NCBI GenBank assembly: GCA_964429135.1
Contig: CAYSAU010000010.1
Coordinates: forward strand, 5,642-69,641
Source: an uncultured Prolixibacteraceae bacterium
GTDB lineage: Bacteria; Bacteroidota; Bacteroidia; Bacteroidales; FEN-979
Length of the DNA: 64,000 nt
Direction: 5' to 3'
In this document: positions 10,093-20,235 of the stretch, one piece after another
Layout of the letters: each line of letters opens with the position of its first letter
Position numbering within the stretch: position 1 is the stretch's first letter
Notes under the pieces: generated by a model
The model's input: the letters and a program-made list of their open reading frames with translations, nothing else
Told to the model about the DNA's origin: nothing
Database searches by the model: none
Made by a program: the position numbers and the translations under genes

Positions 10093-10184
10093 TATCCACC
10101 CCAATGCAAGTAATCTTCGTTCTGTTCTACTTAGCTCGTTTTTCCTAGCGCTTTGGGTTCTCGGAAGGTGTGGATGGGTAAACT

Positions 10185-11267
10185 CTACTCTTTCATCATC
10201 TTTCCGTGCCAGGCACCGGAATCGTTAAGCAGGACAAGGAAATAGAAGCCACGTGACAAGGGTTGAACATTCAGGCTGAGGGTATTTCCGCTGAGGGTAA
10301 TCTCCGGAGTGAATGGGGTTCCGTTCATAGAAACCAGGGTCAATTGAAAGTTTTTTCCATGTAATTGGGATGGAAGATCGAGTTGGCAAATATCCGAAGC
10401 CGGATTCGGGTAGATGTCCAATTTCTCAGCATTGGAGCTTTCTTCTTCAACCCCTACCGGATACCCCCATATTTCATAAGCAAATTCAGGATGATCAATA
10501 AAAGGGTTGCGGTTATTCTGGATGCCATAAACGGTATTGTTTCGATCGGTTTCTTTTTGGGAAACGGGGTCCATTCCGCTCCAGTGCAGCATCATCTGTA
10601 AAGCCCAGGGTTTAAGCTGGGATTTATTGGTCATGTCGGTCACATCCCAGCCGGTGTCTTCGGTATAGTAACGCGTTGACATGTAGAAATAAGTCCGGGC
10701 AAAATCACCTTTATATTCATCGCGGGGTTCAAACACCACCCCGGAATAACCTGGCCAGTTGCAGGAACCCAGTTTGCTCCCATTCAGTGAAGTCCAAGTG
10801 GGTGAAGCGACCGTGCCAAAAGGGTAATTATCCCGACGGTTATTCACATAACCATCGGTGGGATAAAGATGAAAAATATCCGAATTCATGGGCGGCTGAT
10901 CATTGAACCAGCTTTTAGGCCAGGAATGTTCACGGTTATAGCAATCGGCTTCGCCGTTATAGTTTCCGCATTGATCAGAACCGAAATGATAGATATAAGG
11001 CGGGTTGCCGTTGGGAGTCCCATCCGGAATGTCGGAATACATATCCCATACCGTGCCATTGGGTTTATCATCGGTGGTCTGGAAGGCAGTCCATAAATAA
11101 TCATAGGATTTTACAGTATGATTTTTAATGATGTTGTGTAAAGCAGCCTGAAGTTGGGTCCCGCTTAAACCAACAGCAGGGTCATAATAAGTTGGTGGGA
11201 TTTGCCCGAAAGCATGAAAGAATAAGAAATTAACAAAAGTCAATGGAAGCAGTAAGGCTTTTTTCAT
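10185..11267 (-). CDS. Secreted endonuclease I family nuclease with T9SS C-terminal sorting domain
   Basis: The signal peptide MKKALLLPLTFVNFLFFHAFG starts at the ATG at 11267. Endonuclease I motifs are present: EHSWPKSWF, DIFHLYPTDGYVNNRRDNYPFG, KGDFARTYFYMSTRY. The C-terminal tail LDIYPNPASD...GFYFLVLL fits a T9SS type-A CTD. Confidence 0.8.
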   Translation of the reverse strand: MKKALLLPLTFVNFLFFHAFGQIPPTYYDPAVGLSGTQLQAALHNIIKNHTVKSYDYLWTAFQTTDDKPNGTVWDMYSDIPDGTPNGNPPYIYHFGSDQCGNYNGEADCYNREHSWPKSWFNDQPPMNSDIFHLYPTDGYVNNRRDNYPFGTVASPTWTSLNGSKLGSCNWPGYSGVVFEPRDEYKGDFARTYFYMSTRYYTEDTGWDVTDMTNKSQLKPWALQMMLHWSGMDPVSQKETDRNNTVYGIQNNRNPFIDHPEFAYEIWGYPVGVEEESSNAEKLDIYPNPASDICQLDLPSQLHGKNFQLTLVSMNGTPFTPEITLSGNTLSLNVQPLSRGFYFLVLLNDSGAWHGKMMKE

Positions 11268-11394
11268 ATGTAAGTATGTAATTTTTTCCAAAGGTACAAA
11301 AAACACGCTCTTACTTAAAGCCTTAAACCGGAAATTTGAAATCCTGCCGACAGGCAAGCGTAAATCGTAAATGGGCAGAGTCCTGACATCAGGT

Positions 11395-11727
11395 TTAACT
11401 CCTGACATAATGTGGTATCTCAAATGGAATTTCAAACGAGAATTCAATGATGCCTTTAAAAACTTCACCATTCATCCAGGGTGTCTGGTAGATAATTTTC
11501 TTCTTCCCCTTTTTCTCAATAGTATAAACATTTTTCTGATGGGTCGTCATGATCTCCCAGATCTTTTCACGGGATCTTTCGGAATGACAGTCCAACAGGT
11601 TTCTGCCGATCAGGTCAGCGCCCCCGTCTTTTGCATAATGGGTTATGGCTTTTTCATTCATGTAGATTACATTTGCCTGTGCATCACAGACGATGACATT
11701 GCCGTCGAGTTGATCGATACATTCCAT
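11395..11727 (-). CDS. Stand-alone PAS domain protein
   Basis: 110 aa with a PAS-like pattern (DGNVIVCDAQANVIYMNEKA...GRNLLDCHSERSREKI...). It overlaps only the spurious N-terminal extension of the track ORF 10185..11471. Confidence 0.6.
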   Translation of the reverse strand: MECIDQLDGNVIVCDAQANVIYMNEKAITHYAKDGGADLIGRNLLDCHSERSREKIWEIMTTHQKNVYTIEKKGKKKIIYQTPWMNGEVFKGIIEFSFEIPFEIPHYVRS

Positions 11728-11812
11728 ACGATTGACGATTTATAATTTACGAATATAGGAAAAATTGTAACCTTGGGTACAGCCTTGCATCTAATCACCA
11801 AAATTTAAAGCC

Positions 11813-12019
11813 ATGACAACATCAGAAATTAAAAGACTTTACAGATCAAGAAAAGATCGTGTGTTGGGGGGTGTGTGTGCCGGGATAGGCAATTATTTCA
11901 ATGTTGACCCGGTGCTGATCCGTGTCGCCTGGGCAGTCAGTTTCTTTGCCGGTGGTGTCGGCTTATTGGCATACCTGTTAGCCTGGATCATTGTGCCTGA
12001 AGAACCCTATATAAATTAG
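11813..12019 (+). CDS. PspC domain membrane protein
   Basis: LYRSRKDRVLGGVCAGIGNYFNVDPVLIRVAW followed by a TM helix is the canonical PspC domain. Confidence 0.8.
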   Translation: MTTSEIKRLYRSRKDRVLGGVCAGIGNYFNVDPVLIRVAWAVSFFAGGVGLLAYLLAWIIVPEEPYIN

Positions 12020-12304
12020 TGAGCAGGTGAGTTATTTATTCGCAAGTTCAACAGCTCGCCAGCATAGCAGTTCACCAGCTTTCCCAATGTGTCTTTTCTG
12101 CATGCTCCAGCAAATCCATGGCTTCAGTGGACAGTACAATGTTTTCAGTGGCTGCAGCTGCATCCGGGTACCATAAATCATTAGTTCTTTCTCCCATTTA
12201 TTCGTAAGCTTGCTTCTGAAAACCCTGAGCGATTACACAGGTTTATTATACCATGGATATTCGTTTTTGACATGACCTATGTAGCTGGTTTCAAGAATTA
12301 TTTG

Positions 12305-12312
12305 TAATTTTG
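12305..12312 (+). promoter_or_regulatory. Putative -7 box (TAATTTTG) upstream of ileS
   Basis: Exact TAnnTTTG match 18 nt upstream of the ileS ATG. Confidence 0.4.
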
Positions 12313-12329
12313 CAGGCCTTTTTACAACT

Positions 12330-15300
12330 ATGAAAACGAAATACCCTGAATACAAAAACCTCGACCTGACCCGGATCGGACATGAAATCCAATCCTACTG
12401 GCAACGGAATGGCACGTTTGAAAAAAGTCTGAAAAAAACCGAGGGTCATCCCCCGTTTATCTTTTACGAGGGGCCTCCTTCTGCCAATGGAATTCCTGGG
12501 ATACATCATGTGATGGCCAGGGCGATAAAAGATATTTTCTGCCGGTATAAGACCATGAAAGGGTTTTATGTTAATCGTAAAGCAGGCTGGGATACCCATG
12601 GTCTTCCCATCGAGATCGGGGTGGAAAAGAAACTGGGTATTACCAAAGAGGATATCGGGAAATCAATTTCCATTGAAGATTATAATAGGGAATGCAGGAC
12701 AGAGGTCATGAAATACAAGGATCTCTGGGATGAACTTACGCTTCTGATGGGTTATTGGCTGAACCTCGATGAACCTTACATAACTTATGAAAATAAATAC
12801 ATTGAAAGTGTATGGTATCTGTTGAGCAAGCTGTATGAAAAAGGTTTGCTTTATAAGGGGTATACCATTCAACCTTATTCACCCGCTGCCGGAACCGGCC
12901 TCAGCACCCATGAATTGAATCAGCCAGGGACTTATAAAATGGTGAAGGATAATACCGTGGTTGCCCAGTTCAAAGTGATACGGAATGCGGAATCCGAGTT
13001 TCTGTTCAAGGATCTTTTTGGTGAGCTTTACATTCTTGCCTGGACTACAACTCCATGGACCCTGCCTTCGAATACAGGGTTGGCCATGGGCAAAAATATA
13101 ACCTACATTTTAGTCAAGACGTTCAATCCTTATACCTATACTGAACAAACTGTTATTCTGGCCAAAGAACTTTTGCGCCAGTATTTCCCCGAAAAGAACA
13201 GTTCGCTTGAGCTGGAGAATTACCATGAAGGAGATAAGAATATTCCTTACCAGGTGGTAGCCGAATATCAGGGTGAACAGTTTGAGGGGTTACGGTTTGA
13301 ACAATTGCTTCCCTATGCACAGCCCGATGAGGGTGATCCTTTCCGCGTTGTTCTCGGTGATTTCGTGACCACCGAAGACGGAACTGGCATTGTACATATT
13401 GCCCCCAGTTTCGGGGCCGACGACTTCAGAGTCGGCAGACAATATGGCCTTGGTTCCCTCACCCTCGTTGATAAACAGGGAAGATTTACCGATCAGATGG
13501 GTGAATTTGCCGGACGATATGTAAAGCCTGAATATGATGCCGATTGCGTGGCAGGGAATTGTCCTCCGGTAGATATTGACATCATAGTGAAGCTGAAGCA
13601 TGAGAACAAGGCTTTCAAATCAGAAAAATACGAACATTCTTACCCGCATTGCTGGAGAACCGATAAACCCATCCTATATTATCCGCTGGATTCATGGTTT
13701 ATTCGTACTACGGCTTATAAGGAACAGATGATCGCCCTCAACAAGACCATCAACTGGAAACCGGAATCCACAGGTACCGGACGTTTTGGTAACTGGCTTG
13801 AAAACCTGGTTGACTGGAACCTAAGCCGGTCGCGCTTCTGGGGCACTCCTTTGCCTATCTGGAGAACGGAGGATGGTAAGACTGAAATTTGTATAGGTTC
13901 TGTGATGCAATTGAAAAATGAAGTAGAGAAAGCGGTTCAAGCGGGCGTAATGAAGACCAACCCCCTGGAAAAATTTTTGGAAGAAGACGCTTCCAACGAC
14001 AACTACCACACTTTTGATCTTCATCGCCCGTTTGTAGATGATATTGTTCTCGTTTCGGATACAGGTCTGCCCATGTACCGTGAGCCTGACCTTATTGATG
14101 TCTGGTTTGACTCAGGGGCCATGCCTTATGCCCAATATCATTATCCGTTTGAACAATCTTTAAGACTGGAAGATTATTTTCCGGCTGATTTTATAGCAGA
14201 AGGAGTGGATCAGACCAGGGGATGGTTTTTTACCCTCCATGCCATTGCCGTGATGTTGTTCGATGGCGTTTCCTACAAGACCTGCGTTTCTAACGGACTT
14301 GTCCTGGATAAAAATGGCAATAAAATGTCGAAACGACTGGGCAATGCGGTGGATCCATTCGAAACCATCCGGAAATATGGACCTGATGCTACGCGTTGGT
14401 ATCTGATCACCAACTCTCAACCCTGGGATAACCTGAAATTTGACCTGGAAGGAATTGCAGAGGTGCAACGGAAATTCTTTGGAACCTTGCATAATACCTA
14501 TGCTTTTTTCTCACTATATGCTAATATTGACGGGTTTAAATATTCAGAAACGGAAATTCCATTGGAAAACAGGCCTGAAATCGACCGCTGGATTTTATCA
14601 GAGCTGAATTCCCTGATCCGTTTGGTGGAGGAAGCCTATGCTGAGTATGAACCCACTAAAGCCGGCAGGGCCATTGCTGCTTTTGTTGATGAGCACCTGA
14701 GTAATTGGTATGTGCGACTTTGTCGCCGACGTTTCTGGAAAGGCGATTATACAAGTGATAAAATATCTGCCTACCAGACTTTGTACCACTGTCTGGAGAC
14801 CATATCAAGGCTGGCAGCTCCCATTGCTCCTTTTTTTATGGAGAGGTTGTTTCTTGATCTGAATACTGTCAGCGGACGACAGAAGGTGGATTCAGTTCAT
14901 CTGTCAGATTTTCCGGTGACAGATGAGTCAATGATCGACAAAGAACTGGAGGAACGGATGGAACTGGCACAAAGGGTATCATCCATGGTATTGAGTATCC
15001 GCAAAAAATTGAATATCCGTGTCCGCCAACCCCTGAATAAAATTCTGATTCCCATCCTGAGTGAGTCCCTGAGGGTTAAGCTGGAAGCCGTGAAAAACCT
15101 TATTCTTTCGGAAGTAAACGTGAAAGAAATGGAATACATCAATGATACCACGGGTGTTCTGGTGAAGAGGCTGAAACCTGATTTTAAAAAGCTGGGCCCC
15201 CGGTATGGAAAGCTGATGAAACAATTAGCCGAAAAGCTTAACCTTTTAGGACAGGCTGAGATTCTTAGCCTGGAAAAGGATGGGAAAATTATGGTTTTAC

Positions 15301-15695
15301 TGGATGGACAAAATGCAGAAGTACTGCTTGAAGATGTGGAGATTCTTTCAGAAGATATTCCCGGATGGCAGGTCGCAATCATGGGAAACCTGACGGTTGC
15401 ACTGGATATTACTATCAGTCCGGAGTTATTGCAGGAAGGATTAGCGAGAGAAGTGATTAACAGGATACAGAATATACGGAAAGACAAGGGCTTTGAAGTG
15501 ACGGATAAAATTATTGTTAAAATTGAGACGAAGCCGGAGCTTAATTTGGCTTTGAATCACAATATTTCTTATATTTGCTCGGAAACTTTGGCTCAATCGT
15601 TTGACATTGTTGATTCAGTTGAGGATACTGACAGGCTCTTGATTGAACTGACCGATACACTGAATACATATATTTCAATCCGGAAGATGGATTAA
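12330..15695 (+). CDS. ileS: Isoleucine--tRNA ligase (long, type-2 form)
   Basis: 1121 aa with a class I HIGH-region (PSANGIPGIHHV), KMSKRLGN (KMSKS), and the editing-domain block TTPWTLPSN. Confidence 0.95.
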   Translation: MKTKYPEYKNLDLTRIGHEIQSYWQRNGTFEKSLKKTEGHPPFIFYEGPPSANGIPGIHHVMARAIKDIFCRYKTMKGFYVNRKAGWDTHGLPIEIGVEKKLGITKEDIGKSISIEDYNRECRTEVMKYKDLWDELTLLMGYWLNLDEPYITYENKYIESVWYLLSKLYEKGLLYKGYTIQPYSPAAGTGLSTHELNQPGTYKMVKDNTVVAQFKVIRNAESEFLFKDLFGELYILAWTTTPWTLPSNTGLAMGKNITYILVKTFNPYTYTEQTVILAKELLRQYFPEKNSSLELENYHEGDKNIPYQVVAEYQGEQFEGLRFEQLLPYAQPDEGDPFRVVLGDFVTTEDGTGIVHIAPSFGADDFRVGRQYGLGSLTLVDKQGRFTDQMGEFAGRYVKPEYDADCVAGNCPPVDIDIIVKLKHENKAFKSEKYEHSYPHCWRTDKPILYYPLDSWFIRTTAYKEQMIALNKTINWKPESTGTGRFGNWLENLVDWNLSRSRFWGTPLPIWRTEDGKTEICIGSVMQLKNEVEKAVQAGVMKTNPLEKFLEEDASNDNYHTFDLHRPFVDDIVLVSDTGLPMYREPDLIDVWFDSGAMPYAQYHYPFEQSLRLEDYFPADFIAEGVDQTRGWFFTLHAIAVMLFDGVSYKTCVSNGLVLDKNGNKMSKRLGNAVDPFETIRKYGPDATRWYLITNSQPWDNLKFDLEGIAEVQRKFFGTLHNTYAFFSLYANIDGFKYSETEIPLENRPEIDRWILSELNSLIRLVEEAYAEYEPTKAGRAIAAFVDEHLSNWYVRLCRRRFWKGDYTSDKISAYQTLYHCLETISRLAAPIAPFFMERLFLDLNTVSGRQKVDSVHLSDFPVTDESMIDKELEERMELAQRVSSMVLSIRKKLNIRVRQPLNKILIPILSESLRVKLEAVKNLILSEVNVKEMEYINDTTGVLVKRLKPDFKKLGPRYGKLMKQLAEKLNLLGQAEILSLEKDGKIMVLLDGQNAEVLLEDVEILSEDIPGWQVAIMGNLTVALDITISPELLQEGLAREVINRIQNIRKDKGFEVTDKIIVKIETKPELNLALNHNISYICSETLAQSFDIVDSVEDTDRLLIELTDTLNTYISIRKMD

Positions 15696-15700
15696 AAACC

Positions 15701-15728
15701 AACGACATGAAGGATTCTTTCTGTCGTT
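15701..15728 (+). terminator. Possible terminator hairpin after ileS
   Basis: AACGACA ... TGTCGTT, a 7-bp stem with a 14-nt loop, lies 6 nt after the ileS stop and is followed by CTTTATT. The stem is weak. Confidence 0.3.
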
Positions 15729-15771
15729 CTTTATTAATGGAAGTGTCATTTATTGCATTAAAACGTTAGGT

Positions 15772-16215
15772 ATGAAAAAAGCAGCAGGAATCGTAGAAAA
15801 AGAAAAAACCAGGTATTCCGATGAAGAACTCGAAGAATTTCGTCAGATTATCCTGAAGAAGCTGGAGAAAGCCCGCCATGATTTACAATTATTAACGGAA
15901 TCGTACACTACCGGCAATGACCACGATACCAACGATACCTCTCCGACGTTTAAAGTTCTGGAAGAAGGTTATCAGGTGTTCTCCAAGGAAGAGAACAGTA
16001 AGTTTGCTGCCCGTCAGGAAAAGTTCATTAAGTCTTTAGAAAATGCGCTGATCCGTATAGAAAATAAAACCTATGGTATTTGTCGGGTAACCGGGAAGCT
16101 GATCCCCAAGGATCGCCTGCGTATTGTTCCGCATGCTACCCTGAGCATGGAAGCCAAACTGGTGCAGACTGTGGTGTCTACTCCTCCGCGGCAGCTCGAT
16201 CCGGATTTGGAATAA
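15772..16215 (+). CDS. DksA/TraR family protein
   Basis: Coiled-coil N-terminus plus YGICRVTGKLIPKDRLRIVPHATLSMEAK, the Bacteroidota DksA-like C-terminus. Conserved ileS-dksA-lspA context. Confidence 0.8.
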   Translation: MKKAAGIVEKEKTRYSDEELEEFRQIILKKLEKARHDLQLLTESYTTGNDHDTNDTSPTFKVLEEGYQVFSKEENSKFAARQEKFIKSLENALIRIENKTYGICRVTGKLIPKDRLRIVPHATLSMEAKLVQTVVSTPPRQLDPDLE

Positions 16216-16237
16216 TGTTCACAGAAAGGATTCACTT

Positions 16238-16846
16238 TTGAAGAAAGCAGCCCTGATTATTATTCTTATCCTGATCATGGATCAGGTGTTGAAAATTTGG
16301 GTTAAAACGTCCATGTATCTGGGAGAAAGCCATGCTGTTTTCGGACAATGGTTTCTGATCAATTTTACAGAAAATGAAGGCATGGCATTCGGTATGAAAC
16401 TGGGTTTCAGTTTTGGTAAATTGCTATTGAGCCTGTTCAGGATTGCAGCTGTGATCATGATAGGAACCTGGCTTTACCTTTCTGTTAAAAAGGGGGCAGG
16501 GAATCTTTTAATTATTTGTATCTCCCTGATCCTGGCGGGAGCGCTTGGCAATATTATTGATAGTGCGTTTTACGGCATCATTTTTAGTGAAAGTACTTAT
16601 TTACAGCTTGCTTCACTCTTTCCCGGAGAAGGAGGTTACGGAACTTTTTTACATGGGAAAGTGGTGGATATGCTTTATTTCCCTGTTATAGAATCTCATT
16701 ATCCACAATGGTTCCCCTGGGTCGGAGGGAAAGAGTTTATTTTCTTCAGCCCGGTTTTTAACCTTGCTGATGCTTCAATTACCATTGGGGTATCCTTATT
16801 GATTATTTTTCAGAAAAAAGTTTTCACTTTCCCCAAGGCGGCTTAG
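16238..16846 (+). CDS. lspA: Lipoprotein signal peptidase II
   Basis: Four-TM protein with DQVLKIWV, FTENEGMAFG, GALGNIIDS and FNLADASI motifs. Apparent TTG start. Confidence 0.88.
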   Translation: MKKAALIIILILIMDQVLKIWVKTSMYLGESHAVFGQWFLINFTENEGMAFGMKLGFSFGKLLLSLFRIAAVIMIGTWLYLSVKKGAGNLLIICISLILAGALGNIIDSAFYGIIFSESTYLQLASLFPGEGGYGTFLHGKVVDMLYFPVIESHYPQWFPWVGGKEFIFFSPVFNLADASITIGVSLLIIFQKKVFTFPKAA

Positions 16847-17096
16847 GCGGGGACTTATGCTTTTTGGGTGCTTTTGCTTCTTTAGGCTTTTCGGGGGCGG
16901 ATAGTTTTTTGGGTGGCTTTGGCTTTTTTGGCTGTTTCGGCGCTGAAGGAGGTTTCGGTGGGGATGGGGGATAAGTAGGTTTTATGGGTTCCTGTATTCC
17001 GGGAGTAGCAAAAAGCGAAGATGATGCCGCTTCAAGGCTCCCCAAGCATATACTGATACAAAAAATCATGCTTAAAAAGAAAATGGGTCTTTTCAT
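16824..17096 (-). CDS. Small secreted Pro/Lys-rich low-complexity protein
   Basis: The ATG at 17096 gives the signal peptide MKRPIFFLSMIFCISICLGSLEA, followed by PPSPPKPPSAPKQPKKPKPPKKLSAPEKPKEAKAPKKHKSPPKPP. It lies directly downstream of the M23 peptidase gene, and its 3' end overlaps the lspA 3' end by 23 nt. Confidence 0.45.
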   Translation of the reverse strand: MKRPIFFLSMIFCISICLGSLEAASSSLFATPGIQEPIKPTYPPSPPKPPSAPKQPKKPKPPKKLSAPEKPKEAKAPKKHKSPPKPPWGK

Positions 17097-17134
17097 AAGT
17101 CGGTCAATTTGTGTAAAGATATAATAATACCGGC

Positions 17135-17998
17135 TCACTTAACGCGGATAGTGCGACCGATTTTGAGATTTGTAGTCGGTTTGATGTTGTTCATGGCACA
17201 AATCTCTTTTACAGTGGTTCTGTATTTTTTTGCTAGTTTTCCCAGTGTATCTCCATTTTTAATTTTATAATAGATGGCATTTTCTATAAAATCGTTGGGA
17301 TAGAAAACTCTTCTGGTGATAGGGAAAGTGTTGGAAATTAATTTTTGGTTTTCATAATCAATCATACGTAATGGATCCAAGGGGACATCCTTGTAACGGA
17401 TTTCAAAATGAAGATGCGGCCCCCGGCTTCTTCCGGTTGACCCACCCAGGGCAATGGGCTCTCCTGATTTAACCACCTGGTTTACTTTTACGTTTAATTT
17501 AGAGAGGTGGGCATAATAAGTTTCAAGTCCGTTGTAATGACGGATGATGACAAGATAACCAAATCCCCCGCGGTTATATTTTGCATAGCGTACGACACCG
17601 CTAAATGCAGCCCTGATCGTATCCCCCTTATTTAATTTAATGTCTAGTCCTTTATGAGTATACATGAATCCCCTGAAGAGCTTACCTGAGATTGGCATGG
17701 TAAAACAGCGTTCTGATGAGGTAAGCAACAGCACCGTATCTTTTATAGAGTCAGGTTTGTTACGGTAGGCAAAAATCTGATCATTTACCCATTGATTAGT
17801 GAATAATCCGGTAGAGTCTTCCTCGGCCACCATCATCACCGGTTCATCCTGGAGGTATTCCCAAGAAAAATTCTTATAAAGAATAACAGGCCCATTGGAT
17901 GTTTCCACCGTGTCAATGATGGCCTCAATGTTACGTTGCGACAGTGCAGAAAGAGGGAATATCACAAAGAAAAAAATAAAAAATCTGAAAAACCTCAT
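17135..17998 (-). CDS. M23 family metallopeptidase with C-terminal LysM domain
   Basis: HKGLDI and GPHLHFEIRY M23 motifs, a LysM block (YKIKNGDTLGKLAKKYRTTVKEICAMNNI) and a signal peptide. Confidence 0.85.
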   Translation of the reverse strand: MRFFRFFIFFFVIFPLSALSQRNIEAIIDTVETSNGPVILYKNFSWEYLQDEPVMMVAEEDSTGLFTNQWVNDQIFAYRNKPDSIKDTVLLLTSSERCFTMPISGKLFRGFMYTHKGLDIKLNKGDTIRAAFSGVVRYAKYNRGGFGYLVIIRHYNGLETYYAHLSKLNVKVNQVVKSGEPIALGGSTGRSRGPHLHFEIRYKDVPLDPLRMIDYENQKLISNTFPITRRVFYPNDFIENAIYYKIKNGDTLGKLAKKYRTTVKEICAMNNIKPTTNLKIGRTIRVK

Positions 17999-18083
17999 GC
18001 AATAAAGATATGGGAATATATATACCAGCTACAAAACTACGGGATTTTTTTTTCCCATCAAACATTTAATCAGGTGGATATTT

Positions 18084-18091
18084 TATCTTTG
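18084..18091 (+). promoter_or_regulatory. Putative -7 box (TATCTTTG) upstream of atpD
   Basis: Exact TAnnTTTG match 20 nt upstream of the atpD ATG. Confidence 0.4.
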
Positions 18092-18104
18092 CATAAATAT
18101 TTAG

Positions 18105-19622
<1,518 letters not shown>

Positions 19623-19865
19623 ATGAAAGTCGAAATTATAACCCCGGATTCCGTTCTTTTTACCGGTGATCATGTTTATTTGGTTCAGCTTCCCGGAATA
19701 GATGGCTCCTTTGAAGTCATGGACCATCATGCCCCAATGATTTCTATTTTGCAAAAGGGAAAGGTTAAACTGATCAATCAGGGAGAAAAACAGGAGCAGT
19801 ATGTGGAAATCAAAGGAGGCGTAATCGAGGTGCTCGACAATAAGGTATTAATCCTTGCAGAGTAA
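19623..19865 (+). CDS. atpC: F0F1 ATP synthase subunit epsilon (short form)
   Basis: Starts directly after the atpD stop. 80 aa beta-sandwich part (MKVEIITPD...HHAPMIS). Confidence 0.85.
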   Translation: MKVEIITPDSVLFTGDHVYLVQLPGIDGSFEVMDHHAPMISILQKGKVKLINQGEKQEQYVEIKGGVIEVLDNKVLILAE

Positions 19866-19887
19866 TAACAATTGCCTAGGAGCAATC

Positions 19888-20235
19888 ATGAAAATGTTTA
19901 AAATTCCCTGTTTTCTTCTCGTTTTTTTTTGGGGAATGTCTGCTTGTTATAAAAATGAGCCACTTCCCATGGCCGACTTTTCCTATGCTGGGAATAATCA
20001 GTTCATGGTACCATGTACAGTTATGTTCACGAATCTATCAGTAAATTCTTTTTCCTGGGAGTGGAGGTTCGGAGATGATTCCATCGCCGACACAAAGAAT
20101 GCCACCCATATTTATACCCGGCCAGGAACGTATACGGTATATCTTAGGGCCTATACAGAAAGCCGTAAAGAATGGGCTTCAAAAATCAGGGATATTGTCA
20201 TTAAAGACACCATCCAATCTAAGCGGAAAGATTAA
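19888..20235 (+). CDS. PKD-domain lipoprotein
   Basis: The ATG at 19888 gives MKMFKIPCFLLVFFWGMSAC (lipobox). PKD signature WEWRFGDDS...HIYTRPGTYTVYL. Confidence 0.7.
   Translation: MKMFKIPCFLLVFFWGMSACYKNEPLPMADFSYAGNNQFMVPCTVMFTNLSVNSFSWEWRFGDDSIADTKNATHIYTRPGTYTVYLRAYTESRKEWASKIRDIVIKDTIQSKRKD

Noticed and set aside
11268-11471. N-terminal extension of the endonuclease I ORF (track start 11471)
   Set aside because: The extension overlaps the PAS-domain gene and precedes a perfect signal peptide that starts at ATG 11267. The shorter CDS was adopted.
14897-15487. 196-aa Ser-rich ORF, plus several others (13290..13601, 14160..14492), antisense to ileS
   Set aside because: They lie entirely inside a very confidently identified ileS CDS. 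Their composition is low-complexity and typical of shadow frames, and there are no start or promoter signals.
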